DNA of 64,000 bases from Octopus bimaculoides (lineage: Eukaryota): positions 164,606,313 through 164,670,312 of the forward strand of contig NC_068982.1 in the NCBI RefSeq assembly GCF_001194135.2, in the 5' to 3' direction. Shown one piece after another: positions 62,366 through 64,000 of the stretch; positions within the stretch are counted from its first letter, which is position 1; every line of letters starts with the position of its first letter. Below the pieces are notes generated by a model. It saw only the letters and a program-made list of their open reading frames with translations, was not told the origin of the DNA and did not search any database. The translations under genes and the position numbers were made by a program.

Positions 62366-64000
62366 TACACACACACACACACATATATGCATACATACAT
62401 ATATAAGTATATATATANNNNNNNNNNNNNNNNNNNNNNNNNNNNNNNNNNNNNNNNNNNNNNNNNNNNNNNNNNNNNNNNNNNNNNNNNNNNNNNNNNN
62501 NNNNNNNNNNNNNNNNNNNNNNNNNNNNNNNNNNNNNNNNNNNNNNNNNNNNNNNNNNNNNNNNNNNNNNNNNNNNNNNNNNNNNNNNNNNNNNNNNNNN
62601 NNNNNNNNNNNNNNNNNNNNNNNNNNNNNNNNNNNNNNNNNNNNNNNNNNNNNNNNNNNNNNNNNNNNNNNNNNNNNNNNNNNNNNNNNNNNNNNNNNNN
62701 NNNNNNNNNNNNNNNNNNNNNNNNNNNNNNNNNNNNNNNNNNNNNNNNNNNNNNNNNNNNNNNNNNNNNNNNNNNNNNNNNNNNNNNNNNNNNNNNNNNN
62801 NNNNNNNNNNNNNNNNNNNNNNNNNNNNNNNNNNNNNNNNNNNNNNNNNNNNNNNNNNNNNNNNNNNNNNNNNNNNNNNNNNNNNNNNNNNNNNNNNNNN
62901 NNNNNNNNNNNNNNNNNNNNNNNNNNNNNNNNNNNNNNNNNNNNNNNNNNNNNNNNNNNNNNNNNNNNNNNNNNNNNNNNNNNNNNNNNNNNNNNNNNNN
63001 NNNNNNNNNNNNNNNNNNNNNNNNNNNNNNNNNNNNNNNNNNNNNNNNNNNNNNNNNNNNNNNNNNNNNNNNNNNNNNNNNNNNNNNNNNNNNNNNNNNN
63101 NNNNNNNNNNNNNNTATATATACTGATGGAAAAGACAACAAAAGAAAGAAAGAGACCTCGATATTATGTAAATAGAGGAATTTATCTGTAAAAATATGTG
63201 ACAATTATTCGGTAGCCATGATAAAACTGCGAGTTTCGGGTGTCGGGGCGGAAACCCACGCCACCATCTCTTCGGTTATCTGGCCATTGAAAATTGCAAG
63301 GAAAATGACCGTTAAACAAAGGGAAATTACTGAGTGGTTGACCATTATTAAGACAAAAGAGCTATTAGAATGACCGCTAAGTGAGGGGAGGGAGTAAAGG
63401 TAAGGGAGTAAAAATGTCCATAGTATTCACGTAAGCGTACCATTCCATACATACACATGGGTGCCGGCACACCCACGTACATGCGCCTATGTGTATATAG
63501 TCATCCACCCTCGCTTGAAACACACACATGCTCACCCACACATTCGCCAATATATATATATTTACCTTGCGCTCATAATAATTTTCTATCGTCTTGGCTC
63601 AACAGCCCTCACCGTTTGTTTTTACCGTCTTGCTCTCACTGTCCTGTTCTTGTTTACACTTTCACCNNNNNNNNNNCCGTTTGTTTTTACCGTCTTGCTC
63701 TCACTGTCCTGTTCTTGTTAACACTTTCACCCCCCGCAAAAGATCTCAAATTTTGTTTAATTTGCTTTGAGGGAGGGACTGTTTCAACGAAGTCACGTGT
63801 TGTCCTTGCCTTAGTGTTGTCCTTGCTTGAACTGGAGAAGGCATTTTATAGGTTTCCAAGAAAGGTAACTGAGTGAGTTTTGGGGAAGAGAAGCGTACTA
63901 GAGGTAATAGTGAGGGCAATGATGAGTTTGTATGAGGGGAGTCGGAATCGGATCAGAGCTGCTGGTGAAGTCTGCGGTGAAAGTGGGTATGCATTAGGGA

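Noticed and set aside
21077-63204. Long ORFs of 160-400 aa consisting mainly of X
   Set aside because: They run through assembly N-gaps and are not evidence of coding sequence.
63622-63732. ~55-bp direct repeat on either side of a 10-N gap
   Set aside because: Near-identical sequence flanking a small placeholder gap is typical of an unmerged contig overlap, i.e. an assembly artefact.
317-63876. Most ORFs in the supplied track (poly-YI, poly-L/F/K, poly-I/N, poly-V/Y, HT/VC-rich)
   Set aside because: They are translations of (TA)n, (CA)n, (CTT)n, (ATT)n, (GTA)n and (CAT)n microsatellites, which lack stops in some frames.

Overview
AT-rich eukaryotic genomic DNA made up mostly of microsatellites, tRNA-derived SINEs and decayed transposable elements, with about 12 N-gaps (largest ~21389-22194, 29658-30617, 31699-32479, 51955-52643, 60928-61371, 62418-63114). 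The SINE types and repeat landscape resemble those of Octopus; this assignment is an inference. I found no prokaryotic features, CRISPR array, rRNA or true tRNA gene, and no intact protein-coding gene that I can name. Recognisable content: (i) two related Ty3/Gypsy (Mag-like) LTR retrotransposons, one with both LTRs, a PBS, a PPT and a 5-bp TSD (23623-26745), the other collapsed and with its 5' LTR split by a ~1.5-kb hAT-like element carrying an 8-bp TSD; (ii) many R4/Dong-clade non-LTR remnants, including three different 5'-truncated copies stacked in one (TAA)n array (20.5-22.3 kb); (iii) two RTE-clade LINE remnants, Penelope GIY-YIG remnants and probable CR1/L2-group remnants; (iv) Tc1/mariner remnants, including a tail-to-tail Tc1/mariner junction; (v) a long-TIR MITE. 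The best host-gene candidate is an unidentified Cys-rich, apparently terminal exon on the minus strand (19095-19345), possibly with small upstream exons. I see no convincing novel biological system. The most interesting points are the microsatellite-targeted retroelement stack, the 'telescoped' internally deleted elements and the orphan exon.
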